Assembly: GCA_964016885.1 (NCBI GenBank)
Contig: OZ024742.1
Coordinates: 336,226,001 to 336,290,000, forward strand
Reading direction: 5' to 3'
Length of the DNA: 64,000 nt
Source of the DNA: Eledone cirrhosa
Taxonomy: Eukaryota
Positions within the stretch are counted from its first letter, which is position 1, and each line of letters begins with the position of its first letter. The notes under the pieces were generated by a model. It was not told the DNA's origin. It ran no database searches and saw nothing but the letters and a program-made list of their open reading frames with translations. Below, in pieces: positions 13,024-27,218 of this stretch. Both the position numbers and the translations under genes were made by a program.

Positions 13024-13547
13024 TATCTTCAAGAACTATGCCTGTAAATAACATTACTTTTTCTTTCACATTGACTTATTATGCTCCACATTACGCCCCT
13101 TTCTTTCTTTTTTCTTTTCACTTCATAAACCATGTTTGTAAATAACATTATTCTTTCTGCACCATTTCTTTAACATGTCCAACACCACCATTCTACACTA
13201 ATACATATTATCATTTGATAATGCATAAAAATGCTGAAACCGGTAATATACAATTATTAAATATATAAATAAATTAATAAATAAATCAACTAATACCTTA
13301 ACACTTCACACAAAGTAAAATATTTCGTTTTAATCATCTTCTAACCCAGAAAAAAAGAGAGAAAGAAATAAAAAAGGAAAAAAAAATTTTTTTTCTCCCT
13401 GCTTTCATATATAAATGTTATACACCTCCTTAGTGATATTTATTATATATTTTTACCCATAATCTTGCAATACTTTAGTGTATGTACACTCCATATTCTT
13501 CGGAGTTTTCGGCTTGTATTGGCCGATAATACTTCTTGTTGTTTTAA

Positions 13548-13590
13548 TTGCCCTGATGAGTTCTTAATAGGACGAAACAATGTTGGCTAA
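13548..13590 (+). ncRNA. Minimal hammerhead ribozyme in a PLE-tail remnant
   Basis: GCC-CTGATGA-GTTCT TAAT AGGAC-GAAAC AAT GTT-GGC: canonical core, 5-bp stem II, followed by AATAAA and (TA)n. Confidence 0.75.
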
Positions 13591-13635
13591 TAAAGACTTT
13601 TGATGTATTGAAGGCTTCTTTGTTTTACTTTCATA

Positions 13636-13676
<41 letters not shown>

Positions 13677-13965
13677 TGTAAATCCATTTCACAGAATATT
13701 TAATACGTTCGTGCAATTTCCGAGGCTTTTAGTTATGTTAATGGAACGGTTATAACTAAGAATCAAAACTGGTTTATTATGTTTTAATATAAACTCACGC
13801 GCTATTTTGCACCCATACACATTCACAAGCGCTCATGAATATTTATATTTACATATGTGTATGTATGTATGTATGTATGTATGCATGTATGTATGTATGT
13901 ATGTATGTATGTATGTATGTATGTATGTATGTATGTATGTATGTGTGTATGTATGTATGTATGTA

Positions 13966-14527
13966 CAACCTATCTCATGGTCGAGTCGTTGGCGACTAAA
14001 CTGGCAACCCCACCAAGGTTTCTTGGTGAGGAGGGTGACTTTGGACATCCTGCAGGACCAGAAACAAAACCTGTCAAAGGGCAAAGGAGCTCTTAAGAGC
14101 CAATGGCCATCCAAAATCACCAGGAGAGATGACCCCTTAGCCTTTGTCAAGGCAGAATTCTAGGAGAAGGAAAACTCTGATATAACACCTGCAACCCTGA
14201 TGGTATCCAATGATGTTGACTTGTTCTTTTTGGTAAATATCATCTTAGTTAAGAGAGTGGGACTGGCTTTGTGCAGTGCCTTTGGTCACTATAAAAGCTT
14301 CACGCCACAGGCATTGCTTTATATCTGGAGATCTCTCTGCACTTGTCGTCACATGGTACCATGGGCCCAGCACTATGCGTCAATAATTGTCACAGGTGTA
14401 GTGTTTGTACCAGAGTTTTCAAGTCGCTGGCTGGACTAAAAAGTCACACTCGTTCAGCGCATCGGTAGGGGTTCTCCTACATGGATATAGAGTAGTGGCC
14501 CTACTCGAAAACGAGTTGGCAGCCACC
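13966..14527 (+). mobile_element. Non-coding retroposon (RTE 5'UTR-like) in (TATG)n, subfamily A
   Basis: Closely similar inverted copy at 31167-31596; contains CTAGGAGAAGGAAAACTCTGA resembling RTE 5'UTRs; ends GCAGCCACC|ATGTAT. Confidence 0.65.
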
Positions 14528-16504
14528 ATGTATATATGTATGTGCGTACCTACGTATGCATATTTGTATAATTATATATGTATGTGTGTAGTTATATATG
14601 TCAGTGTGTGTTTGCGTGTGAATGTTACATTCACTTGACCAGGCACATAATTCAATTCCTTCATTTTGGAACAGAAAGCGACCATATGGTAAGTTCTGGA
14701 ATTATCGATTCTAAGCTAGCGTCTTACTTGGTCAGTTGATGACTGGTCATAATGTTCTTTTTAAAAAGATGGCATTAGCCAGTTGGAGTACATCCAAACT
14801 TAGATGTAGTGTTTTTGCCAAATTTATACTTATCGTTTGCTAGTGAGAAAATATTTCTCATGTTCAACACTTAGCAGCCATCACCTTCTGAATAAATACA
14901 CTTCATTTCGCCAATTTCGGGAGGTTTTATTGACTGAAAGGTAAACATCTTAGCGGTTGAAGCTTTTTTAACGATATTTTTGGACTGCCAGGGTGAAGAG
15001 GTGTTGCTATAAATTTACCTTCATTATTTTCATGGATGGTTGACCTAGTGGCCTGATCAAAAGTGAAGTTGAAGTTGTGATAAATAACTTTGTTGATGGG
15101 TATATCCCTCTCTCTATCCCCCACGATTTAGCTAATTATGGAGTCTCTAGTGGGGTCATACCCTCCGGTAGAAATAGCGGTCACATCTCCTTGAAATTAT
15201 ATTTTACAAAATGAATGACACGGTGAACAAGAAAGTCCTTGCTATACAAAATCACAATATAGTCACCGTTTGGACACTTTTCATCATCTGGACTGACCTG
15301 CAGCTAAACAACCACAACAACAGTTTTATTTCCTCTTTTGTCTTTCATGGAAAGTCAATTAAATTGTCCTTGTTCATCATCCAGTAAACCGCGACTCACC
15401 AAGGCTAAGTACCAATCATAGCCATCGCATCTTTTATCCAGTCGAATTAGAGCTAGGACTACATTCTCGAACGTGTCATTCCTCTGTGAGGGAGGATTTT
15501 TGGCTGGCATAGTTATCTAATTTCAAGAAGGTAGGCTATTATTTGAAGGAGATTTGACTCTAGGTTTGGCAATGCAGACACTCTCGTTGGATTTTGTGCT
15601 GCTGCAGTGAAAAACGAATCCGATAAAGAAGAGATAGTCATTGATACAAGTCAAACCAAATTGATCTAAAGCTAATAAGGAAGGTGAGATCGTTTCAAGA
15701 TAGATTGACGTAGACACTGAGTAGGTAAACACCACGTTTCTATGATAGCATATTATTTGGGGAAGGAGATGAAAGTTTATGAGGTTGGTCTTGTTGCTGG
15801 ACCTCCGTAGATTGCGACAATGAGTGTACAATTGTTTGTTCGTGAAATTAACGTGCAGGTGACTGAGCATTCCACACACACAAGTGTACACTTGTGTGTT
15901 ACAATGCTAGACCTTTGAATCACAGATATATTTTTTTGTCTGCTGAGTGGAGTGGAGCAACCTGAAACAAGGTATCTTGACTAAGGATACAAAGCGTCGC
16001 CGAGAGTCGAACTCACGATCTTACGAACCTGAGCCGACGCCTTTACTTTATGTGGCTAATTATATATAGATTGTGTAGCCACTGAGAACCTAAACGTCTC
16101 TCTCCTATGATGACATAATCCTTAAGGAGTTTTATGTATTTTTTGGTTGGTTTTATTTTATAAGCTCAACATTCAGCTGATATCGTTTAAGTCCAACAAA
16201 TACATAACTAATAAGATGACAAGTCAGTCAATCGTATTGGCGGCCTCCCCCCAGCCCCGGCAGACAGAATGGAGAAGGCGTTTCCCCGGAGGACGGCAAG
16301 GGAGACGCACTGGAAAAGCCATTCCAACTTGCGTGGTTCACACCTGCGGCTGGTCAGCTCAGCGCCTATGGTGGTGAAGAGGGAGATATCCCTAGGGCCG
16401 AGGACACCAGAAGTCTCCACTGCCAAGGGTACAACCGCGAACCTATCGGAGAGCGACCGGTACTTGGAAGGTGAAACTCTTCATAAGATTTACTTTTTAT
16501 ATGC

Positions 16505-16718
16505 GAAGGTCGGCTGCAGGTACATAGACTGAAAAGTTCATAGGCTGATCAAGATACTCTCGTGGAATGACCAAGTGAGATTTATTTTTTTTTATTTCCT
16601 GGAAAGAAACAATGCAGTTATTAATAAAAAGAGTTGAAAGTAACGTATGCACGATTTCACAGCTTTTGCATCACTCCTTCATAGTCAGCCAATGAACGTT
16701 TCAGGTGATCCTCCCATA
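16505..16718. mobile_element. Decayed mariner-type MITE
   Basis: Imperfect inverted repeats CTGAAAAGTTCATAGGCTGA and TCAGCCAATGAACGTTTCAG. Confidence 0.45.
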
Positions 16719-16754
16719 TTTTGAGGATCAGCTGATCATACCAGCGCCGCCGCA

Positions 16755-16763
16755 GACACCACT

Positions 16764-16794
<31 letters not shown>

Positions 16795-16801
16795 CCATCA
16801 C

Positions 16802-16839
<38 letters not shown>

Positions 16840-16903
16840 CCACCACCACTACCACCAATAATAACAACAGCAACAACAACACCACCACCACCACCACCAC
16901 TAC
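16755..16903. repeat. Compound (CAC)n/(CAT)n/(AAC)n microsatellite
   Basis: Direct inspection. Confidence 0.9.
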
Positions 16904-17186
16904 TTCCTTCTCGTATACATTTGAGACCTTTTTATTTTGTTTAGTAATTTTATTTTTATTTTCATTTTTTTTTTCAACGAATAAAGGATTCGTTGTATTT
17001 GAGTTTATCGATTGATGAGTCACTGCCTTCTGATTTAGTTCGATTACTGCCTGTTTAGGACAAGACTGTGGCCTAAATGCGTGGCGGCAGCGTGGAAGAC
17101 ATTATCAAGTAATCAATCAAAAGTATTAGTCAACTTCATTCTAATCAGTACTACATTTTCTCCTTTCCCAGACAGACTATTATATA

Positions 17187-17315
<129 letters not shown>

Positions 17316-17438
17316 GTGTGTGTGTGTGTCTGTGTATAAATATATATTTTCCTCCCTTTCCTCTCCCCCCTTTTTTCTAAATGTCTCTCCTCCACTCCCC
17401 TACACACCCTCCGAACTCTCTTCCCACACACTTTTCGC

Positions 17439-17466
17439 CTGAAGAAGGGCTTATGCCTGAAACGTC
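17439..17466 (+). ncRNA. Hammerhead core remnant in a PLE-tail fragment
   Basis: CTGAAGA-AGGGCTTATGCCT-GAAA-CG-TC with palindromic stem III; stem I does not pair; AATAAA and (TA)n downstream. Confidence 0.55.
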
Positions 17467-17545
17467 CCCCCCCCCCACTCTCAAGAGCGTGAAACTAATA
17501 AACCTTTGTTCGTACTGCCTCTCTGTTTTGTTCCCGTTCCATTTT

Positions 17546-17633
<88 letters not shown>

Positions 17634-17761
17634 CGTGTGTGTGTGTACATGTATGTATATACATATATATATATATATGTGTGTGTTTGTGTGTTTGTCT
17701 GTATGTGTATATATATATATGCGTGTGTGTGTATAGATATATATGTATATATATATGTGTG

Positions 17762-17835
<74 letters not shown>

Positions 17836-17945
17836 GTAATAATAATAAATTTGAAGACTAAAATCCAAAGAGGGCTCGATAAGGATAAATATATATCAAA
17901 TATATATGAACCGTAGAGCAAATATTTATTAAAATAACAGATTAA

Positions 17946-17996
17946 AGTTTAAGCAAAGAATCGCTGCTTTCACCCTTAACGGGATCTTCTGAAACT
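17946..17996 (-). ncRNA. Variant hammerhead (CAGAAGA core) in the Naiad tail
   Basis: Same sequence as 1267-1317. Confidence 0.55.
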
Positions 17997-18297
17997 AACA
18001 AAGTCAATCTGTGAACGCAGAAGTGAATATTTCAAAAAACGTTGCAACCAGAGGAAGACAGGAAGACGATACTTTGGTTCGTGGAAACGTTCCCTGGCAA
18101 AGAACGGGAAAAAACGAATATAATACGTCATTATTTGGAGCGGTGAAAAACAATTACACGCAAAGACAAAACCACGTTTATGGTATAAAAGAAGTCGTAG
18201 ACAAATATTCTATTAGGTGGTTCATAGAGACGTCCTCAGGCAATGAACGAAAAAAACGAAGATAATACGTCATATGTGGAGCGGGGAGAACAATTGT

Positions 18298-20307
18298 CTT
18301 TTATTTCGATAATCAGGGAAAAGCAGACAACAAACAGGATAAATTTGGATTTAAAACCTATAATAACCCTCCAAGTAACCCAGCTTTGCTACCCTCCGAA
18401 AATGATGTCTTGGAACTCATACGGAGTATCAAATTTTGGAATAGGAGCAATTCCTTCCAGCAGGACCTGAAAAATAGAATTCGTTCTATTAAGGATTCTA
18501 ATGCCGTGCCCGTCTATTCCGACAAAACTGGAAATCTATATCAAGTGGAGCGCAGTACTTACCATCAACTGCTACATAATGCTGTAACTAAGGATTACCG
18601 TAAAACTAATCGGAGCGTCATTAATGAAATCAACGATGCTGGGTTTAAAATCACCTCTGATCTCAACATCCTGGACCGGACTGAACCTCTGGACCCTATC
18701 TCTCCTCACTTTACCCTGAAGGATCACAAATCCAATTTTCTGAACAACCCTTCTATTCGGCTTATTAACCTTACGAAGTCCGATTTAGGTAGACTTAGTA
18801 AAAGAATTATTGATAGAATTATACCTGAAATTAGAAGTTTGGCCCCTCTTGCACTGTGGAACAATTATTTTGCGGTGATTCATTGGTTCAACGGCATATG
18901 CAACAAGGAACATTGCCGTTTTATCCAATTCGACATCAATAATTTCTACTCCTCCATCACTTTACCACTTCTCCTTAGAGCTATCAATTTCGCTAAAACA
19001 CTCACAGTGGTTAAGGATTTCTAAGTTGATGTCATCCTCAATGCCCGTAAGTCGGTGATTAATTTCGACGACTCTATTTGGATTTAAAAATCCTATAGTA
19101 CCCCATTCGACGTGAGTATGGGCACCAGCGATTCTGCGGAGGTTACTGATCTTATCGGCCTTTTCCTTCTTTTCTCTATCAAGGAAGAATTCCCCAACGT
19201 GGGCGGTGGTTTGTACCGTGATGATGGTATTTTGACCATGACTAAGTGCGGCCCACGTGCTTGCGACAGGTTCAGAAAAGAACTCACAGCCTTCTTTAAA
19301 GGCTTCAAGCTCTCCATACAGGTTGAAGCCAAACTCTCTGTCGTTAATTACCTCGACGTTACCCTCAATTTATCGAATGGCTTTCATTACCCGTATAGAA
19401 AGCCGAATGATACGCTTAATTACATAAGTAAGCTTTCTAACCATCCTGCCAGCATAACCAAGAACCTGGTAAGAAACGTTTCTTTGAGGCTTTCCCATCT
19501 ATCTACTAACGAGCATATTTTCAACGACCATTCCACATATTACAATGAAGCTCTTGCTCGGAGTGGATTTGTCGATAAGGTAGCATATACAGAGTACGAG
19601 AATAGACCTAGAAGAAATAGATCGCGACGCATTATATGGTATAACCCACCATATAATATGGAGGTGGCCACACCATTAGCTAAGATCTTTCTCTCCCTTA
19701 TTATGGTGCATTTTCCCCCTACACATAAATATAGTAAATTTTTTAATAGAAATACTATTAAAATTTCTTACTCTACGACTCATAGCCTTGCACATAACAT
19801 CACAGCTTCAAATTTAGCTAAACTACCTAGCCGTAGGAACACATGCAACCCTGTAGTTAGTACTAACTGTAATTGTAGGAATCGGGTTGACTGCGCCTAT
19901 CCGGGAAATGCCTCTCTAGTAACATTGTCTACAAATGTAAGGTTGAAACATCCACGTCCCGTAGGGCCTACATAGGATTAACCGCCAATAGATTCAAGCA
20001 GCGTCTTTACATGCATACCTATTCTTTTCGTTACCCTTTAACAAGGAATATGACGTCACTTTCAGCTTATATCTGGAGTCTAAAAGACAACCATACCCAA
20101 TATAAGTTACACTGGGAGATCCTTGCTAGGGCTAGATCGTATAACGGAAATAATAGACCATGTGACCTCTGCGCCGCTGAGACTTTGGAAATACTCTACG
20201 CCACAGACCACATCTTAAACAAAAAATCTGAGGCAATTTCGGCTTGTAAACATAAATTGCACAAAACTTTCCTGTATTACAGCCCCACATTATACCCTAA
20301 CGGATAG
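18298..20307 (+). pseudogene. Naiad-type PLE reverse transcriptase/GIY-YIG endonuclease, 5'-truncated, with stops and a frameshift
   Basis: FTLKDHK..F.NNP.IRLIN, QFDI.NFY.SI, FDVSMG..DSAE, GLYRDDG, IIWYNPPY, CNCRNRVDC....KC linker, IVYKC...AYIGLT, CDLC..E, C.H. TAA stops at ~19022 and ~19085; frameshift near 19900. Confidence 0.9.
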
Positions 20308-21393
20308 TACGAACTATACGCGGATATTTTACGTCTTGATGTGGTAGCTAAGTATATGTTATCTTTATACCATTACTTATTTGTATAGGTAAGTATTATT
20401 ACCTGTATGTTTTATGAAGGTACGTATACTTCCTCTTACGTATATTTGATTGTATGTGTTATGGCTTAGATATTATATATTCTGGTACATATGCTTTTGG
20501 TTATGTGTATACGTGAGTTTTGCGTCTGTGTGAGTATGCGGGTTCGTACGTATGTAGTGTGTGTGTATATGTGTACTTCGTGTTTGGGTCGAAGTACGTC
20601 TCCGAACATTTGTGTATTTACATGTAGGTATGTGTGCGCGCTTGTTATATACGTATTTATTTATTTATATACGTTTATTTAATTATATGTATACATGCAC
20701 ACACACACACATATATATATTCATATATATATTTTTTTTATATATATTTTTGTGTGTGTTTGGTGCATACATTCGTATGCGTGCGGGTACAGGCGTTGAG
20801 TGGGTTCTGTATGTGCGCGTGGGTGGTTTTTTTGTTGTTGTTTTGTGGGGTTTTTTGGGAGTTTTTTGTGTGTACGTGCGTTTATTTGTATAGCTATGGC
20901 GAGTGTTTTCGCGTATGCTTGTGTATGTACGTATATGGATACGTGTATGTATTTATTTCAATTACCTCTGTATTTTATTTACATTATTCTTAACTCTGAA
21001 GCCGAGAATCATTCGGTTTCCTAGTTAGAATTTTAGTCTACGACTTCAGTTATACCATCTAGTGGTTTTGTCTTTGCGTGCAATTGTTCTCCTCCGCTCC
21101 ACATATGACGTATTATCTTCGTTTTTTTCGTTCATTGCCTGAGAACGTCTCTATGAACCACCTAATAGAATATTTGTCTACGACTTCTTTTATACCATAA
21201 ACGTGGTTTTGTCTTTGCGTGTAATTGTTTTTCACCGCTCCTATTAATGACGTATTATATTCGTTTTTTCCCGTTCTTTGCCAGGGAACGTTTCCACGAA
21301 CCAAAGTATCGTCTTCCTGTCTTCCTCCGGTTGCAACGTTTTTGAAATATTCACTTCTGCGTCTACAGATTGACTTTGTTAGTTTCAGAAGAT

Positions 21394-21446
<53 letters not shown>

Positions 21447-21811
21447 AACCTGTTAGTTTTTTCGTTACTTTGGTATTGTGTATTAGGTTTTGCCTACCAC
21501 AATGTTCAATTTGTCAAGCTATTTAAATGTATGTTATTACTCTAAGAACCTACCCTTATTGAGTGCTTTGCTAACTCATTCATATTGTAGGTCGACTTTG
21601 CTTGCCCACAGCCAAAGCTTCGATTTTACTAAGTTTCCACTTATATATATATATATATATATATATATCAATCAATACTGAATACATGTATGGACATGTA
21701 TCTCCTGGCGGAGTCGTAGGGATCGACAAAATGTCACAACACCTCTCTTCTGTTGCTGGACCGAATGAGGTCCGATAAAGGATCAAAGATGTCTATCATT
21801 ATTTCAGTTTA

Positions 21812-22008
21812 ATGGCGGTGGATTGGCAGTATCGGTAGAGGGTCAGGCGCTATGCTTTGCAGCAAAGAGTTGCGGCCCTTTATGGTCTGAGTTCAAATCC
21901 CGCCGAGGTTAACGTTGCCTTTCATCCTTTCGGGGGTCGATAAAATAAAGTACCAGTAATATACTGGGATAATTGCTGGCCTTGTGCCAAAAGTAGAAAC
22001 AATTATTT
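21812..22008 (+). mobile_element. MetaSINE-like tRNA SINE
   Basis: Close match to 1757-1982. Confidence 0.75.
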
Positions 22009-22157
22009 CAGTTTACAGGGAAATATATATATGTAGCATGTTTACATGTCTATAAATTATAAATGTGTAAATTTAAATACACATTTCACAAGTTTCGGTT
22101 ACCCGGTTACCGCTATTTTGGATATACACAGATATAGCTTAATTGTGTATTTCGGCT

Positions 22158-22217
<60 letters not shown>

Positions 22218-22469
22218 ATGTAGATGTAGTATATTTATATATATATATATATATTATATATATATATATGTATGTCTGTGAGTGTATGTGTATATATATA
22301 TATATCATATGCATATACTTATACATACATACAAACGTATATACAAATGTTCATACATATGTACATACATACACACATACAGGCAAAGGTACATACATAT
22401 ACATATACACATACATACATACACACATATATACATACCTGCGTACATACATTAATACACTTATATATA

Positions 22470-24910
22470 CATCCCAGAAAGACATAGATTCCTTTTGGAG
22501 AAAAATATGGGGTGAAAAGAAGAATTTCAACCAAGATTCAGTGTGGCTAAGAGAAATCCGAAAGAACTATTGCTCCTACACTACAACAAAAACATACGAA
22601 ATAAGTGAGGGTACCCTTGAGACTGTGATAGGAAAACTCCAAGATGAGAAAACACCATGAAGAGACATGATTGTCGGCTACTGGTACAAAAAACTGATAT
22701 TCTATCGGAGGTATCTTACTGACTTCTACCAACAAGTTCTTAAGGGAGATACACTTATACCAGAATGGTTGACATTAGCACAAACATTACTGGTCCCCAA
22801 GAAGAAAGACACCCACTTGGCAAAAAACTACCGACCCATTGCATGCCAGAACCTGATGTATAAGATGTATACAGCCTGCCTCAACCTATTCCTCCAAGAT
22901 CACTTGGAATAATAACATCATCACAGATGAACAAGCAGCTGGAAAGAAAAGGGTTTGGGGATGTGCTGAACAACTCCTAATCAACAAAACTGCGATGACG
23001 GAGGTGGGACAACTTAGGAGGAATATGACTACAGTCTGGCTGGACTACAAGAAAGCTTTCGATTCTGTTCCCCACTCTTGGATGATAGAGGCCCTCCAAC
23101 TTTCTAAAGTCCCAGACATTATTGTCAGAGCCATAGAGAGGCTGTCTTCTTCTTGGGCTACTATCCTAAGGTTAAATACAGAGAGGGAGGACTCTATTTT
23201 CACTGATAAAATAAAATATTGCAGGGGTATATTTCAGGGGAACAGTCTCTCTGTGATATTGTTCATCTTGTCATTAAACCCCTTGTCGTTTCTGCTCAAG
23301 AAATGTGAGGGATACATCATTGGCTCACAGGAGGACAGAAATACGAACCTAACCCATAACTTCTTTGTGGACGATCTGAAACTCTATGCCAAGGACATGG
23401 ATGGGATGAAGAAAAATCTTGACCTGGTTACAACGTTCTCAAAGGATGTAGGAATTGAGTTTGGCCATGACTGTAAAGCGGGGAAAAACAACAACCCAAT
23501 CTAGCAACATTGTCATCAATGGTCTAACTGTTTCACTGATATCTGATGAGGACTGCTACAGATACCTGGGGATAGATGAGAACATATCCTATAATGGTAT
23601 CTGTAATAAAGAACGCGTAACCAGGGAATACTACACCCGATTAAGAAAGATCTGGTCATCGGAACTCTCTGCACAAAACAAAACAGTGGCTCACAATGTG
23701 TTTGCTGTGCCTGTCCTAACACCAACGTTTGGAATACTCAATTGGACGATAGACGAAATCCGAGCCGTTGATGTTGGGACTCGAAAAATACTGAAAAACA
23801 CCGGAAACTTCCACATCAACAGTGACATAGACCGCCTTTACTTGAAATGTAAGCAGGGAGGCAGAGGCCTAACATCAGGCCAGACAACATTTGAATGTCG
23901 CATCATATCTCTCCTACATCTACGAACCTCGAAGCGTAGGAGCCCGCTTCTCGAGCAAGTCTATCTGCATGAAACAGATAAGATCATGAGAGTTGGGAAG
24001 GAACTCCTTGGGAGATATTCCCTGTGTGATAATCAAAAACTCACACCCAGGGATGTCGCTCAGCAGTATCGCAGTGAATCCATGGATGAAAAACTGCATG
24101 CCTATCAGCAAAAAATCATGCATGGATATGTTTCCAGGAAGCTCCAGAGTGAGATTAATATAGATAAAGAAAGTAATCTATCTTTGACCAAGAACCGCTA
24201 TATTGGCTCCCACTTTGAAGGATACGCTTTTGCAATCCAAGAACAGGAGATTAGCACGAAATACCTGATTCACAAAAGAGATAGGGATGCAGGCAAACAC
24301 CTAGATGTGATAACAAGTGCAGACTCTGCAGAACTAACATCGAGGATATCACCCATGTCATCAGCAGCTCCCAAAGATGTCATCGCGGTACTATCTACCT
24401 ATGAGGCATGATGTAGTGGCCAAAACACTGTACAATGCAGTTCGTAAAAAAGATAGCCCCGATAATAAACACATTAAAAGCTACAACAATGTGGAAGACA
24501 TCCATGTACATAATATGAAAGAGTACTGGTGGAATGTTCCAGTAAAAACCCCAATAAAATGCAGGCATAACAGACCAGATATTATGATATGGGACAGGGA
24601 GAAGAAAACATGCACAGTAGTGGAAATTAGCTGCCCAGCAGATGCCAATATAATATCAAAGATTAGTGAAAAGGAGAATATTCATGCAGAACTGATGAGA
24701 AATCTGCAGATACTCCGCCCTGATTACACCTTCAGATTTATGCCTGTGATTATTGGGGCACTGGGATATGTTAGTAACTGCCTCAATACAAATCTTGAAA
24801 AGCTAGGCTTCACAGGAACAGAAAGAACACAACTAGTTAGGAAATTACAAGTACAATCCATTAATGGAACAGTAAAAATATGTAAAACATTCCAAAAATT
24901 TTGCATCTAA
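22470..24910 (+). pseudogene. R4-clade RT-RLE polyprotein, disrupted
   Basis: NYRPIAC.N.MYK, WLDYKKAFDSVPHSW, GIFQGNSLS, FVDDLKLY, YRYLG, GGRGL, QEQEISTK, CRLC...H, RHD, NRPDIMIWD...VEISCP; several stops and frameshifts. Confidence 0.9.
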
Positions 24911-25140
24911 TAACTGCATATACACATGTACAGATACAAAGCATATACATATGTACACATACAACTCAAAACATCCACATCCACACATACAATAACATCC
25001 ATATCTACACATGCATGCATGCATACATACATATCTACCTAGTTGATGTTGTGTAAATTCCAAAGAGAGAGTCTTGTGTCTGTTAGAAACCGACTCTCTC
25101 TCTATTGGTAAAACTTTGTGAAATTATAAAACCAGAAGAA
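22470..25140 (+). mobile_element. R4/Dong-clade non-LTR retrotransposon (family A), 5'-truncated, in (CATA)n
   Basis: RT plus restriction-like endonuclease remnants; 3' end CCAGAAGAA|CATAC identical to the copy at 29563. Confidence 0.9.
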
Positions 25141-25692
25141 CATACATACATGCATACACACGCAATACATCCCTACGTACATACATCAATACACACATAC
25201 ATACATGCATACATACATGCATACATACATACATACATACATACATACATACATACATACATACATACATACATACATACATACATACATACATACATAC
25301 ATACATACATACATACATGTATACATACATACTTACATACATGCATACATAACAACAGCCGGAAGCCTATACATATAGATGAGAAAAATATTCTAATCCG
25401 TTTCCGCGAACAGTGGATGTCTGATCCGGCAGGAATGTAGGAATGTATAAGTTGACAATGTTCCAGTTCTTTTATCGATTTTGGTAACGTCTAAAACCGC
25501 CATGTTAATTCCAAGAACATTCCCAATATAACAGAGGAGAAATCTCTATGGATTTGGTAACAACAGGAAGGACTGGAACCATCCGCAATAATTTAGAACC
25601 TAATCAGATTTTTCATTGATAAAGATGATTATTTATTTATTTATTTATTGAAAAAATAATTACGATTATTATTTCATGAATATATATATATA

Positions 25693-26390
25693 CTAACAGA
25701 GGCACCCGGCGTCGCCCGGGAATCCTTCTTGGGATTGTAGATTTCGAAATTGGGGAACGCTTTTTTAATTAATCTGTCAGCGCTTTCCACAACATTACAT
25801 ATTGATGAAGGCTCAAACCATCCTTCAGTATCAAGAGATATTTTTCCTTCGCCAAGTTTCAGCAGATTTCAAGCAAACTCTGCAAAAATGAAAATGCTGT
25901 CACCGTGAAGTTGTGCCCGTATGTTGGTTCTTAAATTACGTTTGGTAGTTCATGGCCATAAAGTTGCCAAATCTAGAGAAGCTCTGACTCGATCGGCGTG
26001 ATTCCTCTCATAATTGTTGTGCTCTTCCGGATGTCTGTCAGTGTTCTGTCCAAGGCCTGCAAAGCGTGGCTATGTGCCATGTTGCATTCATCCTCAAAAT
26101 TTCCACACATCTTTGCAATACTTGGGCAGTTCCGGAGTTTTTCTTCATATGATACACGAACAATTCATTCAGACTGAGGCCCAAGTCCAAATCGAAAACA
26201 GAATAAGCTGTCCGACCACCAGATAAAAGTGTATTGGCAATTCCAGATGAAGCAACCGCTAAAGCTATTTTTTGGTCTTGTCGAATTTTAGAGAACAATA
26301 GGTTTATGAAGAAGGTTTTACCAGTTCGACTCGGAGCATCGATAAAGAATAGGCGACTATTCTGTTGTGTAATGGAATAATTATATTCTG
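25693..26390 (-). mobile_element. Deleted Helitron with Pif1-type helicase remnants
   Basis: FFIDAPSRTGKTF (Walker A remnant), ALAVASSGIA.TLL.GGRTA.S.F, L.TN.RA...FA..LLKLGEG; 3' hairpin CCCGGGCGACGCCGGG then TTAG|T at 25693. 5' boundary uncertain. Confidence 0.8.
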
Positions 26391-26492
26391 ATGTTTATTA
26401 TGTAATTAAATAGCTCTGTACTACACATAGAGCACTCTTCTTTCCTTTACCTTTTCTACGGAAATACATCACACACACGCACGCGCACACAC

Positions 26493-26565
<73 letters not shown>

Positions 26566-26584
26566 CATACATGGGGTGGTGGTG

Positions 26585-26897
26585 AAGGCGCGTGACTTTG
26601 TGGTTAAGATATTCGGCTCACAATCGTAAGGTCATGATTTCGATTCCCGACGGCGCATTATGTCCTTGAGCAAGACACTGTTTTTCACGTAGCTCCAATC
26701 CACTCAGCTGGCAAAATGAGGTGTGTCTGTAATTCGAAGGACCAGCCTTGTCACATTGAGTGTGATGCTGAATCTCCCCCGAGAACAACGTTAAAGGTAC
26801 GCGTGTTTGTAGAAATGCACGTTTAATTTACGAGCAGGCTGTTCCGTTGATCGTACCAACAGGAATACTCATCGTCGTAACCGACGGAGTGCCACTA
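26585..26897 (+). mobile_element. CORE-type tRNA SINE (OR-like)
   Basis: tRNA-like head (TGGTTAAG...TTCGATTCC), TGTCCTTGAGCAAGACACT core, tail CGTAACCGACGGAGTGCC. Confidence 0.75.
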
Positions 26898-27061
26898 ATG
26901 GGCAAATCGATAATGGGTGACCTTGAGCCAATCCTCTCCTAAACGTGTGTAACAGGTTGATACACGATAAAAATCTAACAACATGTAAACAAAATCTTAT
27001 GGTTTTCCTTTATATATATATATGTATATATAAGAAGTTAATTTTAACCCGTTCACTTCTT

Positions 27062-27114
<53 letters not shown>

Positions 27115-27135
27115 TGTGTGTGTGGGGGGGGTATG

Positions 27136-27218
<83 letters not shown>

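Larger units (their letters stand above)
17836..21393 (+). mobile_element. Penelope-like element, Naiad-type, with inverted tail at its 5' end
   Basis: RT plus GIY-YIG remnants, ~1.1 kb 3' tail; ~17987-18296 is the reverse complement of ~21082-21393; both ends abut (TA)n. Confidence 0.9.

Noticed and set aside
19860-20307. Selenocysteine-encoding Naiad (in-frame TGA at conserved Cys positions)
   Set aside because: Linker and GIY-YIG cysteines here and at 52830-52900 are TGT/TGC; the internal stops in this copy are TAA. The Tx1 TGA at 35437 aligns to Trp.
21748-21790. Hammerhead remnant (CCGAATGAGGTCCGATAAAGGATCAAAG)
   Set aside because: Both core boxes are mismatched and no stem I or III forms.
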